From positions 1-64,000 of the forward strand of contig JAUCBJ010008125.1 of NCBI GenBank assembly GCA_032718475.1: a stretch of 64,000 bases of DNA, given 5' to 3'. The notes beneath the pieces are model-generated. The model ran no database searches, was not told where the DNA came from, and worked only from the letters and a program-made list of their open reading frames with translations. The position numbers and the translations under genes were made by a program. Position 1 is the stretch's first letter. Each line of letters starts with the position of its first letter. Origin of the DNA: Nemertoderma westbladi. Its lineage: Eukaryota; Animalia; Xenacoelomorpha. Below, in pieces: positions 1 to 13,130 of this stretch.

Positions 1-448
1 ATAAGGTAGAAGAGCAATATCGCACGAAGCAATGTCAGTGTGAAGAGGCAAGTCGTTTCCAAGGTCTACCCAGAGCTTGGTTTAGCTGAGACACGAGGAT
101 CTGAACTTTGCATTCCTAATACTCTGCCTACCAATAATACTTGAATATAGTAGTGGCTTTATTGTACTTTAAGAAGTACGGACATTTCATCTTACTGTAG
201 TCACGTATTTATAATATGATACGGACAGTAAGGAAAGAGAAAAATAATTATTTTCTCGCCGTCGCACTAAATATATATTATAAGTAATTACGTACGTAAT
301 AAACACTAATATATTGCACTAATCTACTAAATAATCACTAAAATAACATTCTACTAAATAAAATTGAATAAAAACGATTATAATAAAATACATAATAAAG
401 TTCGCATATAAAAATATAACAAAATAGATAAAATAATATAGTCATACA
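1..448 (-). repeat. Possible 3' LTR (partial) of the BEL/Pao element
   Basis: On the minus strand a short purine-rich run (GGAGTGGG, 449-456) just after the integrase stop is followed by TGTATGAC..., a typical LTR start. No matching 5' LTR was found in the window. Confidence 0.35.
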
Positions 449-463
449 CCCACTCCAGACGTA

Positions 464-1690
464 TCACGTGGGGGAGTCCCTAGATGTTTGAGGAATTAGG
501 GAGGTGGTTGTGGGAAGAGTGTCTTGCCTTCCATAGTTCCCGGAGAGTTCTCTGTCTCTTTCCAGTAAACATAAACGACCAACTGGGCAATTGAGTTGTT
601 GCGTCTCAAAGATTATGCCTGGCTTCTTGAAGTTACGCCGCATGACGACAAGTTCTACTGAGCGCACTAAACCATCATCCGAGATGTGAGTCTCGATGAT
701 ACGACCTGTCTGCCACCGTTTACGGGGGAGGTCTGAATCTACAATAAGCACCATATCTCCGGCGCTGACGTTTTCTTGCTGTGCAAACCACTTAGTTCGA
801 AGTTGTAGCGTGGGCAGATAATGTTTCTCGAAATGGTCAGCGAAACGATGGGATAGCAACTGCATAAGTTGCCAAGTTCGACGGCAGTATTCGTCTCCGT
901 CGGCAATCTCCGATCGTGGGAGCATGGCTACAGGTTTCTTCAGTAGGAAGTGCGCGGGTGTTAGCGCTTCTAGGGAATCGGGACTCGATGAGACTGGCAT
1001 AAGCGGTCTCTCGTTGAGATAGGCAGCTATTTCCTCCATTAACGTCCGCAAAAGTTCGTCGGTGAGATACGCGCGGCATGGCACTATAAAGTGAAATGCG
1101 GTTTTGACACTTCGAATTAATCTCTCCCAACTTCCTCCCCACCAAGGGGCGTCGGCGGCGTTGAAGGTCCAGCTAGACGCTGTTATCCTTAGCTGGTCGT
1201 CCACCTGTCTTTGGTTCCAGTCCTTCACGTAAGCCTGTATTTCGTTGTTGGCACCAATGAAGTTCGTTCCCTTATCCGATCTCATGGTATTACTCGTCCC
1301 GAAGCGAGCGATCTGTCGTCGTAAACTTAAGACGAAGCTGTTGGTAGATAGATCGTTCACCATATCGAGATGGATGGCTCTACAAGTCATGCACACGAAG
1401 ATGACACACCATCTCTTGACTATAGTCCTAGCACGATATACTTCAATAGGGCCAAATAAATCTACACCAGTATTAGTAAAAGGTGGTTCATAGAAGCTTA
1501 CTCGTTCCCTAGGTAATTCTGCCTCTCGCTGTGTTAAAGGCCTACTGAATGCTTTCCTACAGGGTATGCAGTTCCTAAGAACTTGGTTCAGAGCTCTATG
1601 GGGTTTATCAAAATAATAGCGAGTTCGAATTTCGCTAAGAACTCGTTCTCTACCAGCATGATAAAGTTTACTGTGAACATCTACAATCAT
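464..1690 (-). pseudogene. BEL/Pao integrase
   Basis: H..H..CxxC zinc motif, GVDLFGP, RSDKGTNF, PWWGGSWERLIRSVK, LTPAHFL, and W..GRI...DGLVR C-terminal domain. In frame with the upstream segment across a TGA at 1712-1714. Confidence 0.92.
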
Positions 1691-1711
1691 CTTGATTTGT
1701 ACTTCAAGATT

Positions 1712-2683
1712 TCAAATGAGTATGGGGAATTTAGTGTCAAAGGATAAGGGTGCATTGGTGAGCCTTCCTCCAACACGTATTAACCCATCTATCATTGTGC
1801 TCGAGAATCGATCCCTTAAGCACATCTGCGGATTTCTCAACAACAGGAAATACTTTTCGGAATCCTCATAACATTGCAGGAGTCTCAGTATCTGCTTATT
1901 GGTTTCTTCATGCTCCTGGTGACTAATTTTATCCTTTAGAAAACGATCAGATGTCTTATATTTGGGTAAATTTATAATAACATGAACTTGTGCAGATGTC
2001 AATGGAGTGGTATCACTAGTGGTCTTCGTCCTGGAGTAGTGATGATGAAAACATCGTCTTAAATATGTGACGGCTTTACAGAGCCGATTCCAGGAACTGT
2101 AATGATGCATTGCTCTCTGCAGCATGGGTGAGATTCCTTGCGAGACGTCTGGTATTCCAGATTTCCAATCTTTATCTCTAATTTCCACAACAGACTTATT
2201 TGTGTTGAGGGATTGTGGATCCGAAGCATCATTCCCGGAAGTATGTAATATAGATAGATCGAGAGTCGGTTTAAATAATTTCGATTTACTCGCCCGGGTT
2301 TTAGGTTTGACTGTCTCCGCTCCCTTGGCTTGTCTAATCTCTGCCGTAGTAAGGTGAGGAGGCCATTCATCTTCTTCCTTGCTCAGGAAGTCGGGTCCAC
2401 CCAACCAATCTGGAGTATCTATCAGTTCCTGTGGAGTTGCTCCCCTGGAGGCGATATCGGCTGGATTAATCGTACCAGGGCAATGTCTCCATTGATCTAT
2501 CTTTATGCGACTAAGAATAATAGCTACCCTGTTAGTAACAAAAACGCTGAACTGACAGACTTCATTGGTTAGATACTCCAACACGAGTAAAGCGTCGGTC
2601 CAATAAACCGTTTTCTCCAGTGGGTAGTCGATTTGTTCCGTTACGTTCCGGCCGATGGCTGTAGCGTATAAAGCCGCCTTTAA
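1712..2683 (-). pseudogene. BEL/Pao RNase H C-terminal half and linker
   Basis: YWTDALLVL, FVTNRV, QWRHCPGTINPADIASRG, WLGGPDFL, GLIRVGGRL. In frame with pol across a TAG at 2684-2686. Confidence 0.88.
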
Positions 2684-5407
2684 CTACGCTTGAGGAACCT
2701 TTAACTTGTTGTTAATCAATGCCTTAGAGGTAACCAAAGCGACTTTGATTCCATCCGGGGTTTCGACTCGCAGATATGCTACTATACCTATTCCCATGTC
2801 GCTGGCGTCTCCAAACACACGGAGTTGATAGGAATACGTAGGAAGAACATGGCCAAAATATGCACGGGAAATTATAAAGCTCTCGATGGCAGGTAGAGAA
2901 TCTTCCCATTTCATCCATTTCTTTAACAATTCTCCCTTAAGCGGATCGTCCCATGAGTGGTTTTCAAGCCACATTTGTTGTACTAAACTCCGAGCAATCA
3001 ATATAACTGGGCTAATGAATCCCAATGGGTCGAAATAAGTGCTCAGGATACTTAAACAAATCCGTTTGGTCCGAACTGGATTATCTCGCTGTTTTAACTG
3101 AAAAAACAGGATGTCTCTTTCAGTGTCCCACTTCAAGCCAAGCGTCTTGGTTTCAGGAAGATCGTCCTTTATTAAGTCCAGGTCTTTCGCTCCGCGGTCT
3201 TCTACCGGTATCGCTTCCAGAAACTCACGGGAGTTGCTGGTGAATTTCGTCAGTCGAAATCCACCTCTTTTCAAACACTCTACCGTTCCTTTCGCGACAG
3301 CTATGGCTTCTTCTACTGATGGAAGGGACCTAAAATTGTCGTCCATGTATATATTTCGTTTGATGTTATCTATCACCTCTTTTGAGAAGGAGTCTCGGTT
3401 GTCATTCGCAGTGGTTCGCACCACGGAGCAGGCGTTGGAAGGGCTTGATATGATTCCAAAAGCCTGGATGGTCATCCAATACTCTACCGGTTTCTGATTG
3501 AGGTCTCCTTCAGGCCACCACAGAAATCTCAGGCTGTCTCTATCTCTATCCAGCGCCTTGACTTGTAAGAACATTCCTTCTATATCGGAGGCGAACGCGA
3601 TGGAATATTGTCTTAATCTCAAAAGTATTCCCAACAAAGATTGGAGTAAGTTGGGTCCGGGTAACAACTCGGAATTAAGGGATTGGCCCATATATAGAGC
3701 AGAGCCATCGAATACGACTCGGACTTCATGGGGTTTACCGGGTTTGGGAACGTAATGATGTGTTAAGTAATACGTTCTCTCAGTCACTGGTGTTCCTTCC
3801 GGTACTCGCTCCGCGTATCCCTTTGTTATAAATTTCTTCAGCTGAGTTTGGTACATTTCTTTAGCTGAAGTATTAGCCGTAAGGCGTCGATGTAATTGAG
3901 CGATTCTTTTCTCTGCCAAGGGTCTGTTATTTATAAATCTAGGTTCTCGTTTTCGAAATGGTAGGCCGATTTCATATCTACCTTGTTCCTTTAAAAAACG
4001 TGTAGTTGTTTCCTGGATTTGCTTGGCTCTTTCTTCTTCTATCGATAGGGCCTTATCATATGAATTGGGCTCTACCAGTTCTTGGGTAAAGAATCGTACG
4101 GCTAGTTCGTCCCGAGTTCTAGCGTTGCAGCGCTCTATCTCATCGTTTAGTTCGTCACTGTAAGCGATGGGTTCCGATGGGTGAATCAGTTGACATAGGT
4201 TTACCTGATTTTTCCAAGTTTGGTTTTCCGTAAGTAGGTCGATGGTGTTCTCTTGATCGAAGAGTTGGTAGATGTCGTCATTATCTGAAGAGTATGGTGT
4301 TTCCTCAGTTAGTTCATCCACCTCACTGCTCTCCTTGCTCCAATCACTCACCTGGTATACTCGTTCTTGTGGCCTTCTCTCTTCGAGAGTCCTGCGGGAA
4401 GGGCCAGTAAAGTACCAACCTACTCTAGTTCTTACCGCATAGGTTTGCAGTGGCTGCGGTTGAGCAGGCCGTTTCTCTAATGTTTCGAGCGCCTCGTGCG
4501 CGTTTTGGCCGATGAGTATTTGCACTCCAGGATAATCTGTCTGGAATCGAGGTATCTTAAGATGTTGGATGCTCTCATCCTCGTCCCAATTATAAAGGTC
4601 TGCTTGAGTAGTAGCGAAGTTCTTTATAGCCACCATTTTTACCGACCTTATACCTTGTGCTCCTAACTTATCCTGGGGGGTGGACAACACACCTACATAG
4701 TAATCTGCCGTTAGGGTAGATTTCCAAACCTGCATAATTCCTGACATATTCAATTTAGTCCGGAATTTGGGTTGTCCAGCAAAGATATCTTCGGCTAATT
4801 CTTGATCAATGAATGTTCCTGTGCTGCCGGAGTCAAGGAGGGCGTTCACTATGTAACTTTTGTTAGGACCATGAACTCTTACCTGCACTGCAGGAAATTC
4901 TCTGATTCCTACGTTGGAAGTTGGAGCTTTCCAAGATGGTTGTTTGGCAAAAGTAGTTGGGGGAAACTCATTGTTGGTGTCCTTTTCATAAATAAGTGCT
5001 CGATACACTGCGGTATTGATTAGATAACAGGATTCGTTGGCGTCGGAGAATTCGTCAGTATAGAATCCTTCCATCTCAGACTCCTGATCAGTGTCGTTTA
5101 CATCACTGAATTGGACATGTAGTTCGGGCTCACTTACCTGACTCTGTTTGTCTCGTTCGAACTCACTGTGTAACAAGATGTGATGTTTCGCGCCACACTT
5201 TGCACACTTTATGTCGGAGTAACAGGTTCGCCGTTGGTGTCCTGGTCTGAGACAATTATAGCATAACCGCTTATCCCATACGACTGCACGTCTGTCTACA
5301 AGGGATTTCTTTAGAAATTCAGCACACGCACTCAAACGGTGGGTCCCGTCGCACAGCGCACAGTTAGGTTTTATGTTACTCACTTTACCTTGGGTAACTT
5401 GATGCAC
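2684..5407 (-). pseudogene. BEL/Pao zinc knuckles, aspartic protease, reverse transcriptase, RNase H N-terminal part
   Basis: CALC..H....C, CYNC...H....C, CAKC...HHILLH; ALLDSGS; RVVFDGS, SDIEGMFLQV, FGIISSP, YMDD; STYFDPLG, FGDAS. Confidence 0.93.
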
Positions 5408-8400
5408 TCTCGTTTTTCTTCGGGTTTTCTTCGGTGCATTCTGTTAGGAGACTGAGGAGGGGTCTTGGCAACCTGTTCTCTCCTATCGTTGTTTCGAGCC
5501 TTGTATTTACTTACGTCTTTTGAGGTTTTGTCAACATAGTAAGATCGATCGGTGTCTTTCCCGCTGTCCTCTTCTTGAGAGGCTTGGCTTTCGCCGTCGT
5601 CAGTGTAACACACCGGTGTTACTCTTCTCCTAGAAGCGGGTTTCTCACTTACCTTATTTTCCGATGTTTTCTCTCTGGACTGCTTGATGAGTTGTAGTTT
5701 TACTTCACCATCTAAGAAGGACATGAGATCAGCCATGGTAGGACTTCGTCGTTGTTGTTCATTCATGTACAACACTTTCTTGTCCCAGCGTGTACATACT
5801 CCACCCTTTGGTAAAGTAGAGACTACGGCTCCAATAACCATGGAACTCTGATATTCATGCGACTTACCTAACCAGTCCAATTGTCTACAGATCTCTTGAA
5901 TCTCATCGGAAAACTCTATAATCCCGCTACTAAGGAAGTGTCGGGGGGCTACTAATTTTGCATACAAATACTTAGCTATGTTATCTTTGTTACCATACCT
6001 GATGTTTAATGTATCCCATACTTGTCTTAATCCTTCTGGATGTCCAATAAACTTTAACGCCATTAACCTGGGAGGTCCTTCCAAACACTTGATGAGGAAC
6101 CTAAGTTTCTCTCCGTTAGATAGTACAGAGTTTTGTATGCTATCTTTGTAATATTCATTGAAAGGTAGCCATTTCATCTCATCTCCATTGAATTTAACGA
6201 TCTCTCCCACTTTGACCGCTTGGCGGGCTTCTGTTCTAGCCATCTGACGCGTAAAGCTTTCTTGGGCCATCGTGTTATTTAATATCGAATTATCGGTATA
6301 TAAATTTCTCGGATCATTATCAGGTCTATAGGGAACATCATTAACAACAGGTCTATAATCACCCTTAATAGGGTTTGCTATAGGAGTTTCTACTTCACTA
6401 GCAGTATAGATGCGTGTAGGCTCCACACCTTGCGCATGTAATACTTCAGACCTAACAGGTTGACACAATTTTACAGGGGGTATTGGTATCCCTTTTTGTA
6501 TATTGACTAACTTGTCGCGTTCCAGTGCGATACTTTGCTGCACTTCTTGCAACTCTGCCCTACCTTCCCTTACTGTTCCCTTAAGTTGGTGGACAGTCTC
6601 CTGCATCTGTCCGAGCAGGAGGTTCATCCCCCGCCGTCCCTCCTCTACCCACTCGACAGCCGAAGCGGGAGTCGCCAACATTGTAGCGGGCCGACGCTGG
6701 ACGACGGGAGACAAATCTTTGATTTCTCTCTCTGCTATCAGGACAGGGATATTCTCATGGACTGTTCTACCGGGTACAGGCAGTGTAGTACTATGTAAAG
6801 GGAATTTAGAGTTAAGCTCTGGAAGTACAGGGGTCTCTAACACAGAAGTGACTTTGGGAACGACAGGCCTAATTATTTCAGGCTCATCAACTATTGTAGG
6901 GAGTCTTTTGACCTGAATAGTTTGGTATGTGGGTTCCGTACTACCTAAGTCTGTGCTAGCTAGCTGTCTTCTAACAGCTGGGGGCAAATCAGGCAATTTG
7001 TGATGGTGAGATGTTTTTCTACGCCTGCTTAGACGAGATCTATTTCCTCCGCCTTCAGGATCGGTGGTTTCGCTTTCCTCCGATGATGTGTATCCCTGGC
7101 GTTTGGGAGTAGATCGTCTCATCATCTGCATTTGACTAGAAGTTAACTGTTTATTTATGTTGTCTTGCGTCTCCTGCAGATTTTCCAACTCCAGTTGGGT
7201 AGTCTCCTCAGAGGCTCTCCGTTCTGCTTCTGCCACTGCCTTTGCTGCTTTTCTTTCTGCTTCTGCTTCTGCCGCCGCTGCCTTTCTTTCTGCTTGTGCT
7301 GCTTTTCTTTCTACTTCTGCTTCTGCTGCCGCTGCCTTTCTTTCTGCTTCTGCTTCTGCTGCCGCTGCCTTTCTTTCTACTTCTGCCGCCGCTGCTTTTC
7401 TTTCCGCTTCCACTTCGGTCATTGCCGCTGTTACTGCAGCTGCCTTTCGGTCCTCTATCCGTTTTTTCTTTACTAGTTCTTCTTGGACTCTAGTGAGGCG
7501 AAGTTTTTCATCAAACTCAGCTTGGTTGGCCGCTAACATTTCAGCATCGATTGAGTCTAACACACGCTGGGTTCCTTCACTATTAGGGGAAAGTCCAGAC
7601 AGCCGTCTCCTCAACTCTTCGTCTCCTAGGAATCGCTGATAGTTGGACAGATATATGTCGATGGCGTCTCTCGTTTGTGGTCTCTCTGCGGTCTCTCTGC
7701 GGTCTCTTCACCTTCCACTTGAGAAAGGGTGACATCGGTTGGTTTTTCATAGGTTAGTCTCTCAGACAGCTGGGATTTCCACTGGTCCGTTTGTTGTACT
7801 TTGAGGCCTACCCGCTGGAACCAAGTTTTGACAGTAACCTGCAGCGACGTGTCCTGTCTTCTTTTGGAAGTTTCCTCAAAGGCTGAGAGGATTAATCTAA
7901 TGCGTAAGGTTCTTTCGCGTACTTGATATAGCAGCTCTTCCTGCTCTTGAGGTCCTTGGGGTTGTCGAAACAGTTGTTCTTCCAATCGCTCCAAGGAGAC
8001 GAAGAATCCCTGCACATATCCTGCTGCCGACCTCTTCCAAACAGCTGGATCCATCGTATCTTTAGCCACTCCCATCCTGTGTATATCTTCCCAAGTAGCT
8101 TCGGACAAATCTAACGGGAGTCCGGGTCCGGGAAAGTTCCATTGTGACTCGACAATAGACATCAATTCTTCCCTGGCGTATCCCGCATAATTATCTTGGG
8201 TCGCTCGCTTATTTCTCGCCCAATCGGCTTGATGTTCCTCCACCGCAATCAATATAGTAGTTAGCACTGCGGCAGGAAGGGTGAGAAGGGGGTCCGAGTA
8301 GGCTTTAGCCGCCATCTGCAATCCGCGGTCGGGGGTCAGCTCGACAGTATCCGAATTACTTAGAGCTATCGGATCGCTGGGAACAAATTTCTTGACTAGG

Positions 8401-8634
8401 CTGTTGCTGCTGTGGGACAGCTGCTTCCTGGTTCCGTTTGACTTGGGCCCGAGTGCCGATGATAGACCTACGGTGTTGGATTAGCTTAGGGTCTGATACT
8501 TCTACTGGAGGGATGACCTTTCTTTCAGTAGGAGGTGAGCTGAACTCCTTTCTTAATCGCTCCACACTCCTATCTGTGTCACAGATGGTTGTATCGATTA
8601 GACTGTCTGACAGGTTTTGCTGGGTGTCAGACAT
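5380..8634 (-). pseudogene. BEL/Pao Gag, split into ORFs 8356-8634, 7626-8321 and 5380-7614
   Basis: KFNGDEMKW..F, EKLRFLIKCLEG, LNIRYGN are BEL Gag-type motifs. Adjacent frames overlap without stops, consistent with frameshifts. Confidence 0.8.
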
Positions 8635-9974
8635 GTTTAGCTATACAGTTGAATGCTTACTGCTATAGTTACAGTTAAAGCAAGTCTAGTAATTCAGTAT
8701 GACCGTTGGCCTAGTACCGGTAATTTATTGCAGTATATTAGAATACTGGTATGTACTTATAATATATATAAGTATTGTAAACTAGTTTTGTCACAGAGTA
8801 CCGGTATATAAATTTAGCACAAATATATATAAATATATAATAGGCCTATCGTGAATACCGGTATACAGCTTACACTTATATTATATATAAGTATAATTAT
8901 GAACTAGAATTAATTACAGAATACCGGTATGATTTTAGCTCAAATTTATAGAAATAAATATAATAAGCCTATGGTAAATACCGGTATGTCAATTATTTTA
9001 GAATAATTGAATTTCTGAATATTTTAGGGTTACTTGGTTACTTTAACTTACTTTATTACCGTTATTTAAGCAGTAGTCCAACTGATATTGAGACCTAGTT
9101 GTTGTATGGCAGGCCTACTATTTATAAATCGTTTGAGTTGATTTATAATAGATATATACCCGTTTAAAAGGGGTTTTGTCAATATTTGAAATAAATGTTA
9201 TTATTTCTGGGGGAGTCACTACACAGAAGCTGTGCGCTCTCAGTGAAGTGCTACCTATGGGACACTAAAACAGATAATTCTAATTTACCTAAGTTACTTA
9301 ATACTACAAATTGCTTACGATACGGGTGAGATTAAATCTCTAATTAAACACAACAAAATATTACGTACGAATTTTTAGTGTAATTTTACAGGAAGTCTAC
9401 AAACCAGTCTAACAAAGGGTTAGAATTCGGTTTATTACAACGGACAGGGTACTACGGTATTTGAAATAATAAGTAGTAGTAAATATATTGCACTGTCCAG
9501 ATAGGAAAATACCACCGCCTGACGACCTATAACCGTATCGCTATAGGTACTACGTTATGTATCACGGAGTGTTCCTACCTAGAAGTTAATTACCGCGGAC
9601 TACCAGATCCAACGTGCCTATTAACCACTTTACAACACAAATATACTGCCTACACACTAATTACTTTCGGAAAGCACTGTACACTAAACCCTAAATTAGG
9701 TACAAGTACTGGTACAACAAATAATCAGTAGTTAAATATACTTGAACAGTTAAAAGAACCACGGCATCTGCTGGAGTGACCGAAGCACAAAGTCACCAGT
9801 ATTTTCCTACGCCAAGCAGCCCGTGTAGTACCGGGGTTAATTTAACTATAACGGTATGTGTAACAAACACAATTACTGTAGGAATAAACTTGGGGACATG
9901 AATGTTGCGAATAATCGCATAAACTCTGAATAATAAATATTACGCTACCCGTACAGAATACTCAAACAAAATAC

Positions 9975-10500
9975 AAACCAAACGCTGGCAGACTACCACC
10001 AAGCCTAAATAAACTACAGTATGTGCAGATTCCAAAATGGTTAGTTAGTATGCGTTCTAACACGGTAGTACAACTTATTCTTTAAGAGGGGATTGACCTT
10101 ACAGCTATGGCTGCCCCAACTTACTAACTGGCACTCTATCGGACAAACTCTACACACGCAGCAATCTCTTCAGACCTAATAATAGCTAGACAACAATCCA
10201 GCCTACAAAATATCTGAGTAATAACTATTACGGTACCTGAACAGACCACACAAACAAACACAGTCCAAAACGTTGGCAGAATACTGTCAAGCCTAAATAA
10301 ACTACAGTATGTGCAGATTCCAAAATGGTTAGTTAGTATGCGTTCTAACACGGTAGTACGACTTATTCTTTAAGAGGGGATTGACCTTACAGCTATGGCT
10401 GCCCCAACTTACTAACTGGCACTCTATCGGACAAACTCTACACACGCCGTAATCTCTCCAAACCCAACAACAATCTAACAACAGTCCGGCCTACAATTAT
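9975..10500. repeat. Direct duplication with ~288-bp period upstream of BEL gag
   Basis: AAGCCTAAATAAACTACAGTATGTGCAG...CGGACAAACTCTACACACGC occurs at ~10001 and ~10289. Confidence 0.9.
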
Positions 10501-10675
10501 CTGAACAATCTGAGCAGACTTACACGTCTTCAGCTCAATATTAACTTACATGTAAATAAAACTGACAGAAATAAGTAAGCTCCAAAAGAAACAAGGGGTG
10601 TACAGTCCCTAATCTCTTAAACAGCCTACCGGTATGCAATAATCAAAATCGAATAATACTAATGTACTTATACTG

Positions 10676-10805
10676 GAAGTACCGGTTAGGACAGTTGGGC
10701 CTACGGACCTACAGAAGTACCGGTTCTGGCAGTTGGACCTACGGACCTACAGCAGTACCGGTTCTGGCAGTTGGGCCTACTGACCTACAGAAGTACCGGT
10801 TCAGG
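10676..10805. repeat. ~37-38-bp tandem repeat, about 3.5 copies
   Basis: GAAGTACCGGTTCTGGCAGTTGG(A/G)CCTACGGACCTACA units. Confidence 0.85.
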
Positions 10806-12783
10806 TTTACCGGTCGACCGGTACTTTCTACTTTATTGCTTACTGCAATAAAGTCAATAACTGTTATTGTACGCGCTTTTGAAGACCTTTAGCAGTTTAA
10901 CCTGCCAAAATTTATATGTCTTTTGGTTTATAAATAGACTTTAGAAGATGACAAATATTTAATACCAATAAACACAACATTAGCAGAAGCCAGCCTAGTG
11001 CGCGTCCATTCACCCGCTGGATATACCCGGGAGACTGGATTCTGAGGGCTTAGATTATTATTGCAGTGTAAGCTTACTGTATTGTATTATTCGATTGATC
11101 GTTAATAAATAATTTCTGACTAATATTATTCACTTTCGGGAAATATTAACAGTTCCTTTAGGACGTGGCGCTCTATCTAGGTAAACAGAGATATGACTTA
11201 TACTAATCATAACGGTAAGTCGGTAAGGCTTATGATTCACGTATGAGGCGCATTCTTTAGGAGATGCTTAGTTATCAGTCATAATCATGCACACTACCGG
11301 TAACACACAATACTGCCCACTAATTTGCCGACCGTCAATGATTTTTATCATATATAAAGAGAACAGCAACGGACCAATGTAGTGCTTATCAAATAGCATT
11401 AAATTCACTACATACACAATAATATAAGTCGCAATCGCTATATATAACCCGTCTCTCTAACCTGTAGTGTATCAAGAAAATTGGGAAATTTGGGTTCTTT
11501 ATAAATATTCTCCAAATAATATTCAACCAAACAATAGTAAATAGCAGTATAATAATGTATATTGAACCGATAATGTAAGACTGAATTGCGATCAATTGAT
11601 ATGATTAGATAAGATATGATAACAGTTATACGCTCTATAATTTAAGCCTACTAATGTTTCTTCTAAAGTATGAAAACGAATTGACTCTAGAGCCGGTGTT
11701 CCTGGCCTAGATACCAACAACACAACAGTATCCCAAAAAAACAGTAAGACTGAACACTCCTAGTATGATCGGCCGAAAAGCTCCACATCGACAGAAAAAA
11801 TCGCTCTGATTGGCTTAAGCTAAACAAAGAACCATGTGGCCAATGGCTGTTTCCATGTCAGCAACCAGCTGTTAGATGTCGTAATATGAATCATCACGGC
11901 TAAGCTGTGAAAGGTATTTGGTGCATTGCAGGTTTTTTGCCTTACCATGTCCGCCAAAACACGTATATAGAAGAATGACTTTTATGTCCGTTAAAACACT
12001 TATAACGGTACCTTGCGGGCGAGGGGAAATTATATATAGTTAGAGAGCCTTTTAGAGTATTCCAGCGCCTAGGGGGGAAACTGGATTGCGAAGCAAAAGG
12101 GCCAGTTATATCCCACAGAAGCTTTTACACACGCTCTTATGCATAATACTGTAACTGTACTTAAGTGTTGGTAAAAAAAACGTAAAAAAAGTAGACTTTT
12201 TGAAAAAATTAGCAAAAACTACTGTAGCTAGTATAAAAAATGAATGTCATGGAAACTACTTACCTATGCAGCTATGCGCATAACAGCGGCAGACAGCAAA
12301 GAAGTTACTGCAAAATCAAATGTTGCAACTAATGACTCATTAGTTGCATAGTTTATTTTTTATGCAACTTTATGTCTTAAGTTTTTATTTTAGTTTATGT
12401 CATCAGTTTTGTAATAATGCCATCTTCCTGGGTTGTTTCATCTAGATTCTCCAAGAATAACTCAAGAACAGAGTTGACAACGCCAGTGAGAACAATGACG
12501 ACAGATTCCCACCCAAAAGCTCAGGTTAACATTATTCCATATCTACATACCTCCACAAAAATTAGCTACGTGTAGTTTGACATATCCACTACGCACTATG
12601 TCAATACTATGCAGTTTCCGTAAGCACCACTATTAAATCCAAGGGTCGCTAAATACAATCTAAATTTCTTACTACAGTACTATTTAGAAAATAAGACTTC
12701 ATTAAATTTATTTCACAAAGTACAGTACACGAAATATTCAAATTCTCGAAGAAATACCACATATTATTAGAAATATATTAGTT

Positions 12784-12920
12784 AATTATTAAGTAATTTA
12801 AACAAGACTTAGGATGATCCAACTCTATAGCAAATGGAGCTTTCCGCTCCTTGCAAGATTTCCGCTCCATTTGCTACAGAGTTGGATCATCCTAAGTCAT
12901 GTTTAAATTACTTAATAATT
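12784..12920. repeat. Hairpin / collapsed MITE with ~57-bp arms
   Basis: AATTATTAAGTAATTTAAACAAGACTTAGGATGATCCAACTCTATAGCAAATGGAGC is nearly the reverse complement of 12864-12920. Confidence 0.85.
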
Positions 12921-13130
12921 GATACATTCTCATGGATGTTAAAAAACATATAAACCAATATAGTAACTCCTAAAACTACAAAACCTACTGTATAGTAATC
13001 TTTATTGTTCCCTGGTGGCACCAAATATTAAGTAGATTGTATTATTCATGTAAAATCGGCATGTCGTCAGTTAAACAAATCTCAATATAATATTGAGATA
13101 CCAAACATGTACCGGTGTAACAGGAAAATA

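Larger units (their letters stand above)
464..8634 (-). mobile_element. BEL/Pao LTR retrotransposon, degenerate gag-pol
   Basis: Domain order Gag, Cys/His knuckles, protease, RT, RNase H, integrase is BEL/Pao-typical. Coding frame is broken by 3 frameshifts and 2 in-frame stops. Confidence 0.93.

Noticed and set aside
7157-7639. Plus-strand Ala/Ser-, Cys- and Leu-rich ORFs
   Set aside because: Antisense shadows of the Gag coiled-coil repeat.
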